Of a stretch of 64,000 bases of DNA, positions 1 through 13,810 are shown one piece after another. The DNA lies in assembly GCA_964016885.1 (NCBI GenBank), contig OZ024743.1, positions 165,478,001 to 165,542,000 on the forward strand, given 5' to 3'. The notes beneath the pieces are model-generated. The model searched no databases. It had not been told where the DNA came from and saw nothing but the letters and a program-made list of their open reading frames with translations. Made by a program: the position numbers and the translations under genes. Every line of letters starts with the position of its first letter. The first letter of the stretch is position 1. The DNA comes from Eledone cirrhosa (lineage: Eukaryota).

Positions 1-615
1 ACCAGGTCAGGTCTATTGTGTTCTAATTTTTTGTCCGTATGTATCCTAAAATCCCATAGCACCTTCACCTGATCGTTTTCTATCACCGACTCTGGCTTAT
101 GCTCATACCACTTCTCCGAATGTGGTAAATTGTTTACCTTGTATAGATGCCAGTGAATCCCCTTTCCTATCATATCATGTCTCCAGCCTTTATAGTGGGT
201 CTGGGCTAGATGTTTACACTCAGATACAATGTGAGACACAGTCTCCTCTCTCTCTCTCCACAGATCCTACACAGTGAGCTAGCCTCCTCCTTGTCAATAT
301 GGTGTTTCACCCACTTCGTTCTGAGTGCTTGCCCTTGCGCAGCCGTTAGCATTCCTTCTCTAGCTTTTTTAAGTCTCCTCTTTTTAACCAGTTCAATGTC
401 TGTGGCTCTCTAAATTTCGTTTTCTTATGAAGGGATTTTTCATGAAGGTTGCTCTTCCTCCTTGTTGTTATTTCCTCCTTGGACATCCCCTGGTCTATTG
501 TCTTCTCCTTCAGTACAATTTTGAGCATTGGCTCCCTACTCTCAATCACATACTTGTGCAGGTTGTTTTTCTCCACCTGAACACAGTCCTCTATGCTGAT
601 AAGACCTCTTCCACC
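1..615 (-). mobile_element. R4/Dong-like non-LTR retrotransposon fragment (post-RT region, CCHC knuckle, start of RLE endonuclease)
   Basis: The minus strand reads GLISIEDCVQVEKNNL...CRICGEREETVSHIVSEC...RHD...WDFRIHTDKKLEHNRPDL with frameshifts. It is highly similar to 49950-50785. Confidence 0.85.
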
Positions 616-1598
616 TACACGGCTCGGAAAGATCCCTTTCTTTGAGCTATTTAATTATAAAATACTATTTTCAGTTTCTAACTTAATCTATAATATTCTC
701 GGCTCCATAGGTAGAGCCAAATTTAGTCTCATAAACCCGGCTGCTATTTTTAGCGGAATGAGAAGCGCTAGGCCCTGTATCATGTGCTTTTATATCAGCA
801 TATCGTTCAGTCTTCTTAGATCCTTTGGAGTAAAATGACGAATTTCCTGGATACCGGCAGAAGATCACAGGAATGGTGGCTTTCACTTAATAATTCTTGC
901 GGAACAGATTTAGATCTGTCCGGGTATCAAAGGCAGTTGCCCGATGTAGGTTTGTAATTTTTATTGATTTATTACTTTAAATCGAGACAGGCAAACCATA
1001 TTGTTTTAAATTAGTATTTTTTAAACTTAGCTAATTCGGACATCTGCAATTGGAACACATGTATACTTGATCGGTGTTCATCCCTCTCATATATTCAGTT
1101 GTATTACACGGCTCAGAAATATCACCTTTTTGAGCTATTTAATTGCAAAACACTATTTTGTGTTTGTAACTTAATGTAAGATATACTCGGCCCTATAAGT
1201 AGAGCTAAATTTAGTCTCATGAACCCGGCTGCTATATTTAGCGGCATAAGTATGAGACGCGCTAGAACCTATAACATGTGCTTTTATATCAGCATATCGT
1301 TCAGTCTACTTAGTTCCTTTGGAGTGAAATATACGAATTCCGGGATACCCGCAGAAAAGGGCAGGAAAGGTGGCTTTCACTTAATAATTTTTGCGAAACA
1401 GATTTAGGTCTGTCTGGGTATCAAAGGCAGTTGCCCGATATAGGTTTGTTATTTTTATTGATTTATCACTTTAAATCGAGACAGGTAGACCATAGTGTTT
1501 TAAATTAGAATCTTTCAACCCAGCTAACATGGTCATTTGCAATTGGAACACATGTAGACTTGTATCCGTGTTCATTCCTATCATATATTCATTTGTAT

Positions 1599-1601
<3 letters not shown>
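616..1601. repeat. Tandem dimer of a ~489-bp non-coding unit, ending in (TA)n
   Basis: CACGGCTC occurs at 618 and 1107, and the two diverged units align along their length. Confidence 0.9.
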
Positions 1602-1645
<44 letters not shown>

Positions 1646-2705
1646 TTATGCATGTATATATATATACATATATATATAAATATATAGACACACAGACACA
1701 CTCACACGCACACACACACACGCACATACGCACATATATTTATAAATATACATATATATATATATATATATATACATGTCTGTATATCTCGTGTTTGTAG
1801 TAATAATGTGGCAACATGCCTCTGGTGCGTTATTCATTGTGTCACTATTACCTAACTTATTGTGTTCACTCTGAGGAGCAATTTCTAAATTACTCTATCA
1901 TTGAGTTCTTCGTGACAATCTCGAAATTCAATCGGATGCGAAAGAGAGAAAGTGGAAGAACAAGAGGCAAAACTTGGTTCACAACATTATATATGTGAAA
2001 ACCTACTGTATTTCGTGTTTAAGATGGGTTGTGCAAGGCTTAACATTGGTGTAGAGTTGTTAGAATGTCAAATAGGTTGTTATCAGCACTCAGAGCTCAA
2101 ATCCTACGAAGTCAACCCTTCCTTCATCCTTTCGCGCTCAATGAATAAAGTACCAGTCCGGTACTGGGTCAATTTTTTAACTATATATCTTTCTATTCTA
2201 ATATTCCCCCCCTCTCTCACTCACTCACCCTCCTTCTCTAGAAGAAATCAGCCGCGTTTAGAACTGGAGAGGGATGGGCTCCGCCCAACTACTTCAAGAC
2301 ATGCCGTATATCACTACGATGTCCCGACGACTCAAATAGGTGCTAAAGACCTACTGACCACAGATGTGAAATACTCCACAGAGGTATTTTATCCTACAGT
2401 CATATTGTTGATTCAGATATTATTTATTACACATAGACAATAACATGTTAAAGAAAGGCAGAGTAGTAGTGAAAATGAATGAGTTAAGGGAACAATAATG
2501 TTTCACATGAGTTCATTATCTGATTTCTAATTGTTAAACTACATTGTTTTACACACATACACACACTGTCTTCCCTCCCCTCTCTCATACACACACATAT
2601 CTAGCTATGTTTTTATGTATGCATATATATTTATAGGTATACATACACATAAGTATACACACATACACACATTCACATATAAATACATACATACATGGAT
2701 TCATA

Positions 2706-3201
2706 CATGGTGGCTGTCCCCTCATTATCGAGTATGGGCATTGCACGATATAACATTAATAATAGTTATCAATAAATGCTATCGTGCAATGCCTGTACGT
2801 GAAGATATTTTTTAAAGTGAGGAAAGACTGTGCACTGAGCCAATCCCACTCTCTGAGTGACAGCAGCTATAACCCGAAAAGAAGAAAAGATCAACATCAT
2901 CGGTAACTACTGAGGCGCAGGCTTTATGTCGAAGTTATCCAAGTTCCTGAGTTGCCTTCTCCTAGAAGAATGCCTTGACAAAGGCTAGGGGTCCTTCACT
3001 CCCAGTGGTTTAACTGCGCGATCGAGTATCCAGCCCGATTATTTCTATGTCCCCGCGCATATACATACACACGCATACATGCATATACATATATACATAT
3101 ATATACATACATACACATGCATGCATGTTTCTACATATTTACACATTTTTGGATGACCGTTGACTTCTAAGTGCCCGCCCATATACATACACATCATACA
3201 G

Positions 3202-3272
<71 letters not shown>

Positions 3273-3355
3273 CACATGCATACATGTCATACATGTATAT
3301 ACATATTTACACATTTTTGGATGGCCTTTGACTCTTATAAGTTCTTCCGCCCTTT
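2706..3355 (-). mobile_element. Non-autonomous bipartite RTE-derived element
   Basis: It is the reverse complement of 31398-31867 and carries a near-match to the 3' terminus CAATGGCCATACTCGATAACGAGGGG of the RTE at 50830-54815. Confidence 0.8.
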
Positions 3356-3529
3356 GTCAGGTCTTGTTTTTTGTCCTGCAGGGTGTACAAAATCCTCCTC
3401 CTCACCAAGTAAACTTGGTGGGGTTGCCGGTTTAGTGTCTGACGATCCAGCCATGCGACAGGTTGTACTGGGTTACATGTTACCAGTAACACTCAAGAGT
3501 GACCCAACATACATACATGAGGAGTTTGC

Positions 3530-3730
3530 ACACTGGTTAATTGCTGGCCTTGTGCCTAACATAGAAACAATTATTGGAGCTACAGGTTATATACCTACCC
3601 GCTGGACCAAAGTATAACTGAACTTGGATTTGTGGACAATGGGCGTAGCTCCCTAATTCATAGACTACAAATGGCTACGATAGCTGGGACCTTCAAAATT
3701 TTCAAAACATTCTAGCGATTCAAGGGATGA
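3530..3730 (+). mobile_element. SINE 3' tail joined to an R4/Dong RLE C-terminal remnant
   Basis: The SINE tail GCTGGCCTTGTGCC..AGAAACAATT is followed by IIGATGYIP...LQMATIAGTFKIFKTF. Confidence 0.6.
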
Positions 3731-3938
3731 CAGTTTCTTTTCTTTTACAACTTTGCCATCAGGAAATTGGCTGGTCAAAAATGTACTCGAAATTAAGAGA
3801 AAGAAAAGAAACACATATTAAGTTAAATAATTACTTCAGTAGTTACCATCCTTGATTTATATATAGAAATATTTAGATATATTAAGTTTAAAATGTCAAA
3901 TTCAAAATAAGATAATGAAATTAAAGATGATAAATAAT

Positions 3939-4121
3939 TGTGTTTACTTTTGGCACAAGGCCAGCAATTCACCAGTATATTACTGGTACTTTATTTTATC
4001 GACCCCGTAAGGATGAAAGGCAAAGTTGACCTCGGCGGGATTTGAACTCAGAATGGAAATGGCCGTAACTCTATGCGTCAAAGCATGACGTCCGACCCTC
4101 TACCGATACTGCCAATCCACC
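3939..4121 (-). mobile_element. Full-length tRNA-derived SINE with 19-bp TSD
   Basis: It has a B-box GTTCAAATCC and the core GCCTTTCATCCTTACGGGGTCGATAAAATAAAGTACC. The TSD ATTAAAGATGATAAATAAT is at 3920-3938 and 4122-4140. Confidence 0.9.
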
Positions 4122-5339
4122 ATTAAAGATGATAAATAATAATCTAAAAATGTAAGTTTTTTTAATGTATCTCTGTTGTTTAGATCCATTCAAGCAAATA
4201 GTTATGTATATTTACAACTTGCCAAACAAATTTTGTGAAATGTCTGCATTTATTGAAAATTCCTCTCCATATATTTTGAAAGTCTGTTATGTATCCATAA
4301 TCTGATTCATTTTCTTTAATTTCAACTTTTCAGTTTACCTTTTTTTAAATTATCATATCGATTCTTTTCAATATAGAATCTAAGAAGGGTAACTAATCTC
4401 ATCATAGTTTGACATAGGGCTGCGACGTATTATGTACCTGTATACATATACATATTCTTTAGTTACCTTTTCTGTATTAAGCAATTTCACGGGGCATTTA
4501 ATTAAACCATTTCTCATCTTCGGTTACATCTGATAAAGTTTCAGTTGAGCAACTCTTTGGTAATGTGAAACTTCAAGTCATGGGCAGTTAGATTTAGGGA
4601 CAGCTATTTTACCTTAATACATGCATACATACTGCCGCGAATGTTAATTGTATGCGCATATACATACACACACATAAGCAAATGGAGGCATGATCATGTG
4701 CCTCCATTTTTCTGTTTAACATAGATCCAACCAGTGTCATTGATGTTGAAGCTACCACTGGGGGTCAGTCTATTTCTATTCTTGATGTCCGAATTATGAA
4801 TGTCTTCAAGTGTCCAAACTGGTATTGCCTATGTTGGTACTGACACTGGATACTGGTACTATAAAAGCAATAAGGGATATGGTGTTATTTAATGCGGATT
4901 GCTCAGACTTCCATATGTTTTAAAGTCTGCTAAGATATTATCTGTTTATTACGGCTTTACTCACAGCTCCCTCGTACAAAACGTTCTTATCTATTCCATG
5001 GCACTGTACTATTCGCCAGTGGAGATAGAAGCGATAGATGTGACATTGATATACATATTCCTTGATTATTTTGACAATTTTCTTCGATTGATAAAACTGT
5101 GTAACTCGATTTTTGTCCTTGGGTAGCAACTATTATTTTCTATTTCCTTATTCATAGAAAGTATGAAAAATGACTAGTATTTCCTTAAAACTTTGCTGTT
5201 ATGGCCATGATAATGATATTTCTAGATTTACCTAATCCTATTGGGTAAAGTGCCAAATGTGAACATTCTCGTTAAAGCAAAGCTGGAATAAAATAAATGA
5301 CATGATTCAAAACGTGGCATATATTTATTCTAGGATTAT

Positions 5340-5910
5340 ACAAAACACTTAGAAGCGCGTGGGTTTTCGGGTTTTACACTTAAGCTGCAAATTATTTTCA
5401 CGAATCAGTCCCCGTATATAGTGTCCCATCATGTTTTCATTATATGTTCAAAGTCAAGTATATCCTAGTGGAAGCGCTCGCTTTGTTCTTCAGAGAATGC
5501 TCCCATGTTACCCTTGAATTTATCATGATGAGCGTCAAGGATATGTACTTTGAGTGACATCCTGCAACCCATTTTGCCGAATTTCTTCACCAGGGTCTCA
5601 ACAACCTCCACATAATTTTCGGCCTTGTGATTCCCCTGGAAGCCCCGAAACACTGTAACAAAGCTATTTCATGCTGCCTCCTCTGTCTTAGTGAGCCTTC
5701 TTGCACTCCATGATCTTCATTAGTTGTGGTCCGACGAAGACAGCGGCTTTCACTTTTGCCTCAGACACCTTAGGGAAGAAGGCTCGGAGGTACTTGAAGG
5801 CTGTCGACTCCTTATCAAGAGCTGTAACAAACTGTTTCACAAGGCCCAATTTTAAGTGAAGTGGTGGGAACAATACATTCCGGGGACCAACCAGTGGTTG
5901 TCCATGTCAC
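5340..5910 (-). mobile_element. DNA transposase remnant (probably CMC/Chapaev3-like)
   Basis: It contains the motifs PPLHLKLGLVKQFVTAL, FVGPQ and GCRMSLKVHILDAH...GAFSEEQSERFH, and is frameshifted. The superfamily call is from memory of these motifs. Confidence 0.7.
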
Positions 5911-6350
5911 AAAAGCAAATTTAGAGGAGAATAATAGCCATTTCCTGTGCTTTCAAGGCATAAGAACTAACACTTATTGACCAAATACAAAAAAAGAGTA
6001 ACATTTACGTTACATAGTGTTATCAAATATGAACACTTGTCCTGAACAAAATCCTATGTCCTATGAGAATGCTGTGAGCAGTTCTGTCTCTTGGGGCAGT
6101 AAATTTGCCAAGGACATTGATAGAAAAGATGAGACCTTAATCTTTTCTTTCTTCTGCAGAGCCTAGCATGTAGCCTTGATATTATTTCCTCAGCAATGCT
6201 GATAAGCAGATTCTGTTAGCACAAACAGTATTACAGGCAAACCGTACTAATGGAATATTCCTCTCGATAATCCAATCCTATATGTTTGGGAGACAGCTGA
6301 GTGGAACATGAAACAGTAATATAATGTATGTATGTATGTATGTATGTATG

Positions 6351-7576
6351 TTCTTCTGGTTTTATAATTTCACAAATTTTTTTTCCCAATAAAGAGAGAG
6401 TCAGTTTCTAACATAGACACAAGACTCTCTCATTGGAATTTACACATCAACTAGGTACATTATGTATGCATGCATGTGTAGATATGGATGTTATTGTATG
6501 TGTGGATGTGGATGTTTTGAGTTGTATGTGTGCATGTGTATATGCTTTGCATCTGTACATGTGTATATGGAGTTATTAGATGCAACATTTTGGGAATGTT
6601 TTACATATTTTTACTGTTCCATTAATGGATTGTACTTGTAATTTCCTAACTAGTTGTGTTCTTTCTGTTCCTGTGAAGCCTAGCTTCTCAAGATTTGTAT
6701 TGAGGCAGTTACTAACATACCCCAGTGCCCCAATAATCACGGGCATCAATCTGAAGGTGTAATCAGGGTGGAGTATCTGCAGATTTCTCATCAGTTCTGC
6801 ATAAATATTCTCCTTTTCGTTAATCTTTGATATTATATTGGCATCTGCTGGGCAGCTAATTTCCACTACTGTGCATGCTTTCTTCTCCTTGTCCCATATC
6901 ATAATATCTGGTCTGTTATGCCTGCCTGCATTTTATTGGGGTTTTTACTGGAACATTCCACCAGTACTCTTTCATATTATGTACATGGATGTCTTCCACA
7001 TTGCTGTAGCTTTTAATGTATTCATTATCGGGGCTATCTTTTTTACGAACTGCATTGTAAAGTGTTTTGGCCACTACATCATGCCTCATAGGTAGATAGT
7101 ACCGCGATGACATCTTTGGACAGCTGCTGATGACATGGATGATATCCTCGATGTTAGTTCTGCAGAGTCTGCACTTGTTATCACATCTAGATGTTTTGGC
7201 CACTATATCATGCCTCATAGGTAGATAGTACCGCGATGACATCTTTGGACAGCTGCTGATGAGATGGGTGATATCCTCGATGTTAGTTCTGCAGAGTCTG
7301 CACTTGTTATCACATCTAGGTGTTTTGCCTGCATCCCTATCTCTTTTGTGAATCAGGTATTTCGTGTTAATCTCCTGTTCTTGGATTGCAAAAGCGTATC
7401 CTTCATAGCGGTTGTTGGTCCAAGATAGACTACTTTCCTTATCTATATTACTCTCACTCTGGAGCTTCCTGGCAACATATCCATGCATGATTTTTTGCTG
7501 ATAAGCAAGCAGTTTTTCATCCATGGATTCACTGCGATACTGCTGAGCGACTTCCATGGGTGTGAGCTTTTGATTT
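6351..7576 (-). mobile_element. 5'-truncated R4/Dong-like LINE flanked by (TATG)n
   Basis: It encodes FAIQEQEINTK, a CRLC..H..SSC knuckle, RHD, the RLE motif PDI..VEISCP and PVIIGALG. There is (TATG)n on both sides and an internal 129-bp duplication. Confidence 0.85.
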
Positions 7577-7834
7577 TGTATGTATGTATGTATGTCATTA
7601 TATTCGTGTGTGCCTACAAAAGCTAATTAAACGAAACTAGCATTGTTACAATACTCTTTATTTCAAAATTTAAAACAGCTCGAAATCCTACTGTACGCCA
7701 TCATGTAATTCGGACAAACACAATCTGCATCTTATTAATTCGAACAGACATTAGAAAGCACACCAGGTTTGTTGAACAGTGTTGCTATTTATAAATAAAC
7801 ATATAGTCATTTATTTTATGAATTTTGAATAGTT

Positions 7835-7905
7835 TCAGAAAAGAAATTTCTTTAACATCAGTGCTGCAACCAAAGGACCACTGAACATTCTGCTGTTTAT
7901 TGCAC
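7835..7905 (-). CDS. Host gene coding exon 4 (last): GPI-signal-like tail (S)AINSRMFSGPLVAALMLKKFLF*
   Basis: The acceptor TTTATCTTTCATTACAG is strong and its phase matches exon 3. The stop is TGA and a minus-strand AATAAA lies at 7810-7815. Confidence 0.7.
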
Positions 7906-8167
7906 CTGTAATGAAAGATAAATATAAATTTATATAGGAGAATTATATATATCTTGTAGAGTATATATCTACCAGAATGTTTTCAATCCGCTGACGCGTG
8001 TATGAGTATATTGTTATAAACGCACAAACACAGACACACTTACAAAAATACACACTCACAGACATACATTCATACAAATACACATATATTCACACAAGCA
8101 CACACATACATTCACACAAACACACACATACATTCACATAAAAACACACACACATACATTTACACAA

Positions 8168-8368
8168 TCATCACCCTTTCCTTCCTCGGTCATCTCTAGT
8201 GGGTAACATCATCACCCCTTCCTTCCTAGCTCTTCTCTGGTGTGTAACGTCATCACCCCTTCCCCAGCTATCTCTAGTGCGTGACGTCATCACTCCTTCC
8301 TTCCTCAATCATCTATAATGCACGACATCATCACCCCTTCCTTTCCCAGCCATCTCTAGTGTGTGACG
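8168..8368. repeat. ~40-bp minisatellite, about 5 units
   Basis: CATCACCCCTTCCTTCC..CATCTCTAGTG.GTGACGT recurs. Confidence 0.85.
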
Positions 8369-8653
8369 GACAGACGGAAGCCGTTCAAATTTATATATCT
8401 ATATATATAGAACAAAACCAGTTTTCACATTAAGGTCTTTATTGATTATGCACACTTACGACCGCCTCATAGATGAGTGCCCCAGGATTCATCTTAATGT
8501 TATAGACCCGAGTCCAGCCCAATCTGCTAATCAGACTTATTAATCAATCAAAACCAAAATCTAATCTGATGGTATCCCGTCCCAAACGATATACCCACAC
8601 ATATATATGAGTATTGATCAATCACCGCATATACAGAGAGGGACACTCCCAAC

Positions 8654-8714
<61 letters not shown>

Positions 8715-8804
8715 ATATATATGTACATATAGAGATATACATATAGAGTTACGGGGTGTTTATGGCAGGTAGTGGGGAGCAGCAGCTGGGATTGTTAATC
8801 TCAG

Positions 8805-9090
8805 TATTTCAATCACACTTACTCTTTTAAACACAGGAGCAAAAGATCCCACACAAGTCTGGCTGAGTGCGTATGGCGGCTTAAGGACGAACTTCTAAAC
8901 TTCAAATTGAAGTGAAAGACCTAAAATATCTGCCTCCATACGCGTTTTGCAGCAGGGAGTGCAGTCTCTGCATATCAGAATGTGTGGAGATCGTAAAATT
9001 GAAAGGCCGTAGAATCAATACGCGGTCCGAAGTTATAATGAACCGCATGCATCGGCGGGCCCATTTTCTCACCAGGCTCGCATATGCACG
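8805..9090 (+). mobile_element. Penelope-like element, GIY-YIG C-terminal remnant
   Basis: It reads NHTYSFKH..TSLAECVWRLKD, then PYAFCSRECSLCISECVEI...INTRSEV, matching the PLE C-terminal CxLC/LNxRSE pattern. Confidence 0.65.
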
Positions 9091-9301
9091 GCCCGTGATG
9101 ATTAAAAATACACCAACCTGAACGTCTGACAATCGACCAGCTTCACTCAACCGCAATGCGGTCTATTGCACGAATGTCGATATGAATACCTTCTTAAAAT
9201 GATGTCTTCCTTTACACTTTCTTTTCTGTATCATCTCCCTTAGTTCATGTTTCTGTTATTGCTGGCCTTGTGCCAAAAGTAGAAACAATTATTATTATTA
9301 T

Positions 9302-9633
9302 TCCCAACATTTTATGAAAGATGGGTGAGAGAGGCAAGCATGGCCCGAGTGAATGGGCCTGCTCAGAGTATGCGACTGTAAATTGAAGGTGGAAAACTGG
9401 GAGAAGGCACTTGCCCTGGTGGTCAGGGGCACCGTGGATTTTTTTAATGGGCTTTCTCCACGAGTGTCCCTCGGAAGTCTCCCCACTATTAGGGAATTTC
9501 CTTTGTTTCTTTTTTGTCATTTTCTTTGTTTTTTTTCTTTATACGCAGAAATTCCCATTTGTACCGTCCTGTACCATCCTGTGCTGTTCTTAATGTTATA
9601 CCGTATGTCAACCCTTGTGGTTAATAAAGAAAA

Positions 9634-9664
<31 letters not shown>

Positions 9665-9665
9665 G
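9302..9665 (+). mobile_element. Tx1 LINE 3' fragment inserted in the (ATT)n tail of a SINE
   Basis: It has the ORF2 end ERWVREASMARVNGP, a 3'UTR and the terminus AATAAAGAAAAC(ATT)n, with (ATT)n also on the 5' side. Confidence 0.85.
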
Positions 9666-9936
9666 ACAAAGTCTCCCTCTCTCTCAGTTGTCTGACAGCG
9701 CTCTCTCTATTTTTGTGTCATCCATGTTTGAACGAAATGTTTTTTTGTATAGCTTTTATATAATACGACACCCCATAAAGGGGTGTCATGTTATTTGGGA
9801 GTGTACCCAAATTAGGTGGGTCACTTCTTCTAAACTTTTATCAAGTTTAAAACTTGAATAAAAGGTTAGGAACGGTTGAAATCGATGAATACTGTTGAAA
9901 AAAACTGGAGCCGATAAGAGGCATGGCTTCACCTTC

Positions 9937-10152
9937 AATAATAATGGTTTCTTTATTGGCCACAAGGGCTAACATGAAGAAAAACATTACAGACGGCACA
10001 GAACGGTGCGGGACGATACAAAGTGGGTTTTGGCCGTGTAAAAGGGTTATTACAAGACAAAAATGTGTAAAAACAAATTGAAAAATTCAAACAACAAAAA
10101 TTCCCTAAATAGGGGGAAGCGTCCGAGGGTCACTCATGACGAAAACCACACA
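9937..10152 (-). mobile_element. Inverted Tx1 3'UTR fragment
   Basis: Its reverse complement matches 13689-13808 and ends in AATAAAGAAACCATTATTATT. Confidence 0.8.
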
Positions 10153-13100
10153 AAACATCACGGCCAATAACAACAGCAATAACAAAAGTAACAGTGATAA
10201 GGTCGAGAAAGACAATAACAATGACAATGACAACAGCCACAACAACAATAACAGCTCAACAGTACCAACGAAAACAACAACAATGACCTTAATACCAGTA
10301 TCAGCGATCTTAGCACCAACAGCAAGATCAGTAGCAGCAGTAGCGGCAGCAATAGTGGTGCGACTGAAAAAGGGGCCACTTCTTGTGCAGGTGTGGTCCG
10401 AAATATAGAAACAGTGCTAGTCACGGAGGAGAAGATGGCAAGGACCATGGTGACGAGAAATGCCAATCGAGTCTCCCTGAAACTTCCACCCAATTTTTTC
10501 AAGGACCAGCAGTTACGGACGGTGACTTACTGCACTGTAAGCAAAATATCACATCTGGTGGAGAGAGCCACAGAGACTCAAATCCCAAAGACCTTGGAGT
10601 GCGTCTGGGCGCGCAAAACCTACAACACCCGAGGAAAAAAAATATGCCACAGTAGACGTACTTTTTTCCACCCCACAGGAGGCGAAGTCTCACTCTTTCG
10701 TAACCCTAAAGAGTGAGGGGATAGTCTTGCTGCCCTCCTACTACGGGCAGAAAATTGTGAGGTTCAAAGTGACACAGGTTCCGCCCGACGTGCCCATACT
10801 TTGGCTGGCTGCGTCTGTCCTGCCTGGAATCGAGGACAGGACGACCATGCTGCAAGTAGAGAAAATAGGGAGAGAGAACTGGTCAGGTATAGGCATGCAA
10901 TTGCTAATACAAACTGACCAGAAGTGTATCGAGGCTATCCCCGATATCATAGACCTCGAGGAAGGACTACAACTCCCTATAAGCTTGGATGGAAGACGCC
11001 CAAAATGTTATTTCTGTGGGTCAAAGGGTCACCTCAGGGCTTTTTGCCCGCAGAAGACAGCAAAGAAGAAGGCCCTCCTCCTTCCAATGCCTGGTCCGCT
11101 GCTACCAAGAGCAGAGCATGCAAGACACGCAGAAGACCCTTCCACGGTGAGTAGGAAGGCAACGTCTGTAGCACCCGTACCAAGGCCACTGACAACTAAA
11201 GCAGTAGCGTCAGTGGCGGCAACACCAATAGCTACATTTGCAGTAGCTGCACCAGCAACAAAATTGCCGGAGAGGGCTCCACTACCATTACCAACAGCCG
11301 TGGAGCACATACCCCTCCCAGACGCCACGGAATCCGACATGGAGTATGAGGCGGGAGTGAAGTGGCAAACGGTCTGCCACAAAAAAAAACAGAAAAGAAA
11401 AAAAACCCCCTTAGTTTCACCCTCCAAAAGCGAAGAAAAACAAAGAGGGATAAAGGCTGCAAGGCGACTCGCAGCAACGCCACCTCCATCACTACCACAA
11501 GCATCACCACCAACAACAACAACCACACCACCACCAACATCACCACAAACACCAACATCGCAAACACAACACAACAAGGTAAACATACCCAACAGCAGCA
11601 ACAAGAAAACAGCACCCACCTCCCCCCAAAAAACATTACAGTCATAAACATGGCAAATAAAGAACTCTTAGAACATATAAAGCAGCATACAGACATTACA
11701 GACAAAAATTACTACACCCCACCAACACCAAGCACTCTCCCATAAAATATAAACATTATTGAAATTAAAATAAAACATTATAAACATTTAAAAGAAAATT
11801 CCCCAACGCAGTTGGAGACTTCAAGGGGTCAGTTACCAAAAGGATATGCACCGACATCATCTTGGAGAAACATATGACCAACCAAAAGGACGGTTCAACT
11901 GTCCCTTTCCCACACGATCAGGGTAGGTGATCCTTTCTCACTTACTCCATTCTTCATCCAACATGGCCTTACTTAGACTAGGCAGTATAAATGTACGTGG
12001 CCTGGGGTCATCTTCGAAGCAGGGTCACCTGCTTAACGATCTCAGGTCACTAAACATAGATGTGCTGGCCACCAGCGAGACCAGAATTTCCGAAGCACGA
12101 GACTTCGCACCGATCCTCGGCGGTTACGATGTATACGCATCTCCCAGCCGTCCGGGAACGGGGGGGGGGTGCTGTGCTTTTTCAGAGAGGCTTGGATTTC
12201 GCCATACGGGCCATCTTCCTGGACCCAGAAGGTAAGTCGGTGGTACTGGACGTGACAAGCAGCGAAGGCAATGCTTTCAGGCTAGTAGTCGTCTACGCCC
12301 CATCAGGGGCAGGGCGGCTAGATTTCTTCAGACGTCTAGAGACCTTTCTTGGAACGTCCCGCTCTTTAATGTTAATGGGCGACTGGAACGGTATCTTAGA
12401 TCTGGGATTATGTGGGGCTAGTAGGCAAGACAGAAGGGTGTAAAAGCCTCAACAACCTGCTCAGACGTTTTCAACTGTCTGACAGGTATCGACTGGATTA
12501 TCCGCATGTGCCAATGTGGACATGGGTAAACCGCTTCGGATCATCCAGATCGTATCTAGATAGGTTATTGTGTAGGGAAACAGATAAGGCTAGCGTAGGT
12601 TGTCCACAATTTAAAGTAGTCGGCTACTCAGACCACACATTTGTGATCTGTGAAGTCGACTTAGATAGACTTCATAGGCAAGGACCCGGTTACTGGAAGC
12701 TGAACGCGTCTTTCCCGGCGCACAAGGCTTACAGAGACCGGATAAGCGAATTACTTAAGCGTGCGTTGACGGGTGCGATCGTCAGCAACAGGTGGTGGTT
12801 TACCCTGAAAAGGGCAATTAGAGTAGAATCAATAAGGTTTAGCAAAGGAGTAAAGAAAGAGGAAAATAGAGTAGAAGGAGAGCTAGTTAGAAAGCTAGAA
12901 GAGACGTTTAAGACAAGCATCGCAACCGACGTGCTTGCGGCAAGATTGGAACTCGACCATTTCTTCAATGCAAAGCACGAAGGCTGCGTTATCAGAGCTA
13001 GAGCGCGTGCTCTGAGACAAGAGGGGACAAAAGCTGTCTAATGGGCCCGGGTGGTGGAGGCGTGACGTGGCAACAAAGCCACAATTCAATCCTTGCCTGA

Positions 13101-13810
13101 CCAAAACAGACACATGTTACTCGAACCCGAGCAGATGTGTGAGGTTTTTCAGCAGCACTTTGCTCAACAGTTTGGGAGCGGCGGCGGGCCAGATCGGAGT
13201 ATGAACTTCAGTGCATACCTCGAGGGACTGCCGCATGCACTTGTTCGGTGTCCGAACATTGCTGACTTGTGGAGCTATGTCGAACATTTGCTGTCACGTG
13301 TATGACGGATCCGGTTATCGACTGAGTCCATTGTGCAGATAGCCCCGCCTTCCTCCTTTAAGGAAGAGGAAGGGCAGGCAGTTTTTATCTGCCTGGTGGC
13401 CATGGCGAAAGAGATTGTATGGTGGACAAGGTTGAAAGGATTGAAGACGGACACTTTCCTCTTCGGCGAATCCCTGATTAACTTTTTCAAGTTTCACTTG
13501 AAGAGGAAAATCAGGGCGGAGAGACAAATGCTATCTTCTAGTAAGTTTGTTGAAAGGAGGGTACAAGTGGCGAGTCTGGTCCGAGTGAACGGGCCCGCTC
13601 TGAGTATGCTGAGTATGTGCATGTAGACTGAGGAGTGGGAAACTGAGAGAAAGCGCTTGCCCTGGTGGTCAGGGTAGCCGTGGTCTTCTGTGTGGTTTTC
13701 GCCACGAGTGACCCTCGGAAGTTTCCCCCCAATTGGGGAATTTTTGTTGTTTGAATTTTTTTGAGATTTCTATCTTCTTGTTATAACCTTTTTTACACGA
13801 CCAAAAACAT
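10153..13810 (+). mobile_element. Tx1-clade LINE, degenerate, RT domain deleted
   Basis: ORF1 has a CYFCGSKGHLRAFC knuckle. ORF2 has APE motifs (SINVRGL, GDWN, YLDR, SDH, GPGYWKLN) and jumps at ~13233 directly to the C-terminus. Confidence 0.9.

Noticed and set aside
4725-4860. Exon-like segments on both strands (PTSVIDVEATTGG... on plus; ...QFGHLKTF on minus, reminiscent of RGM GDPHLRTF)
   Set aside because: Both hit stops quickly, lack good donors or partner exons, and GDPH is absent.
8168-8368. CRISPR-like regular repeats
   Set aside because: There are no unique spacers or cas genes. It is a eukaryotic minisatellite.
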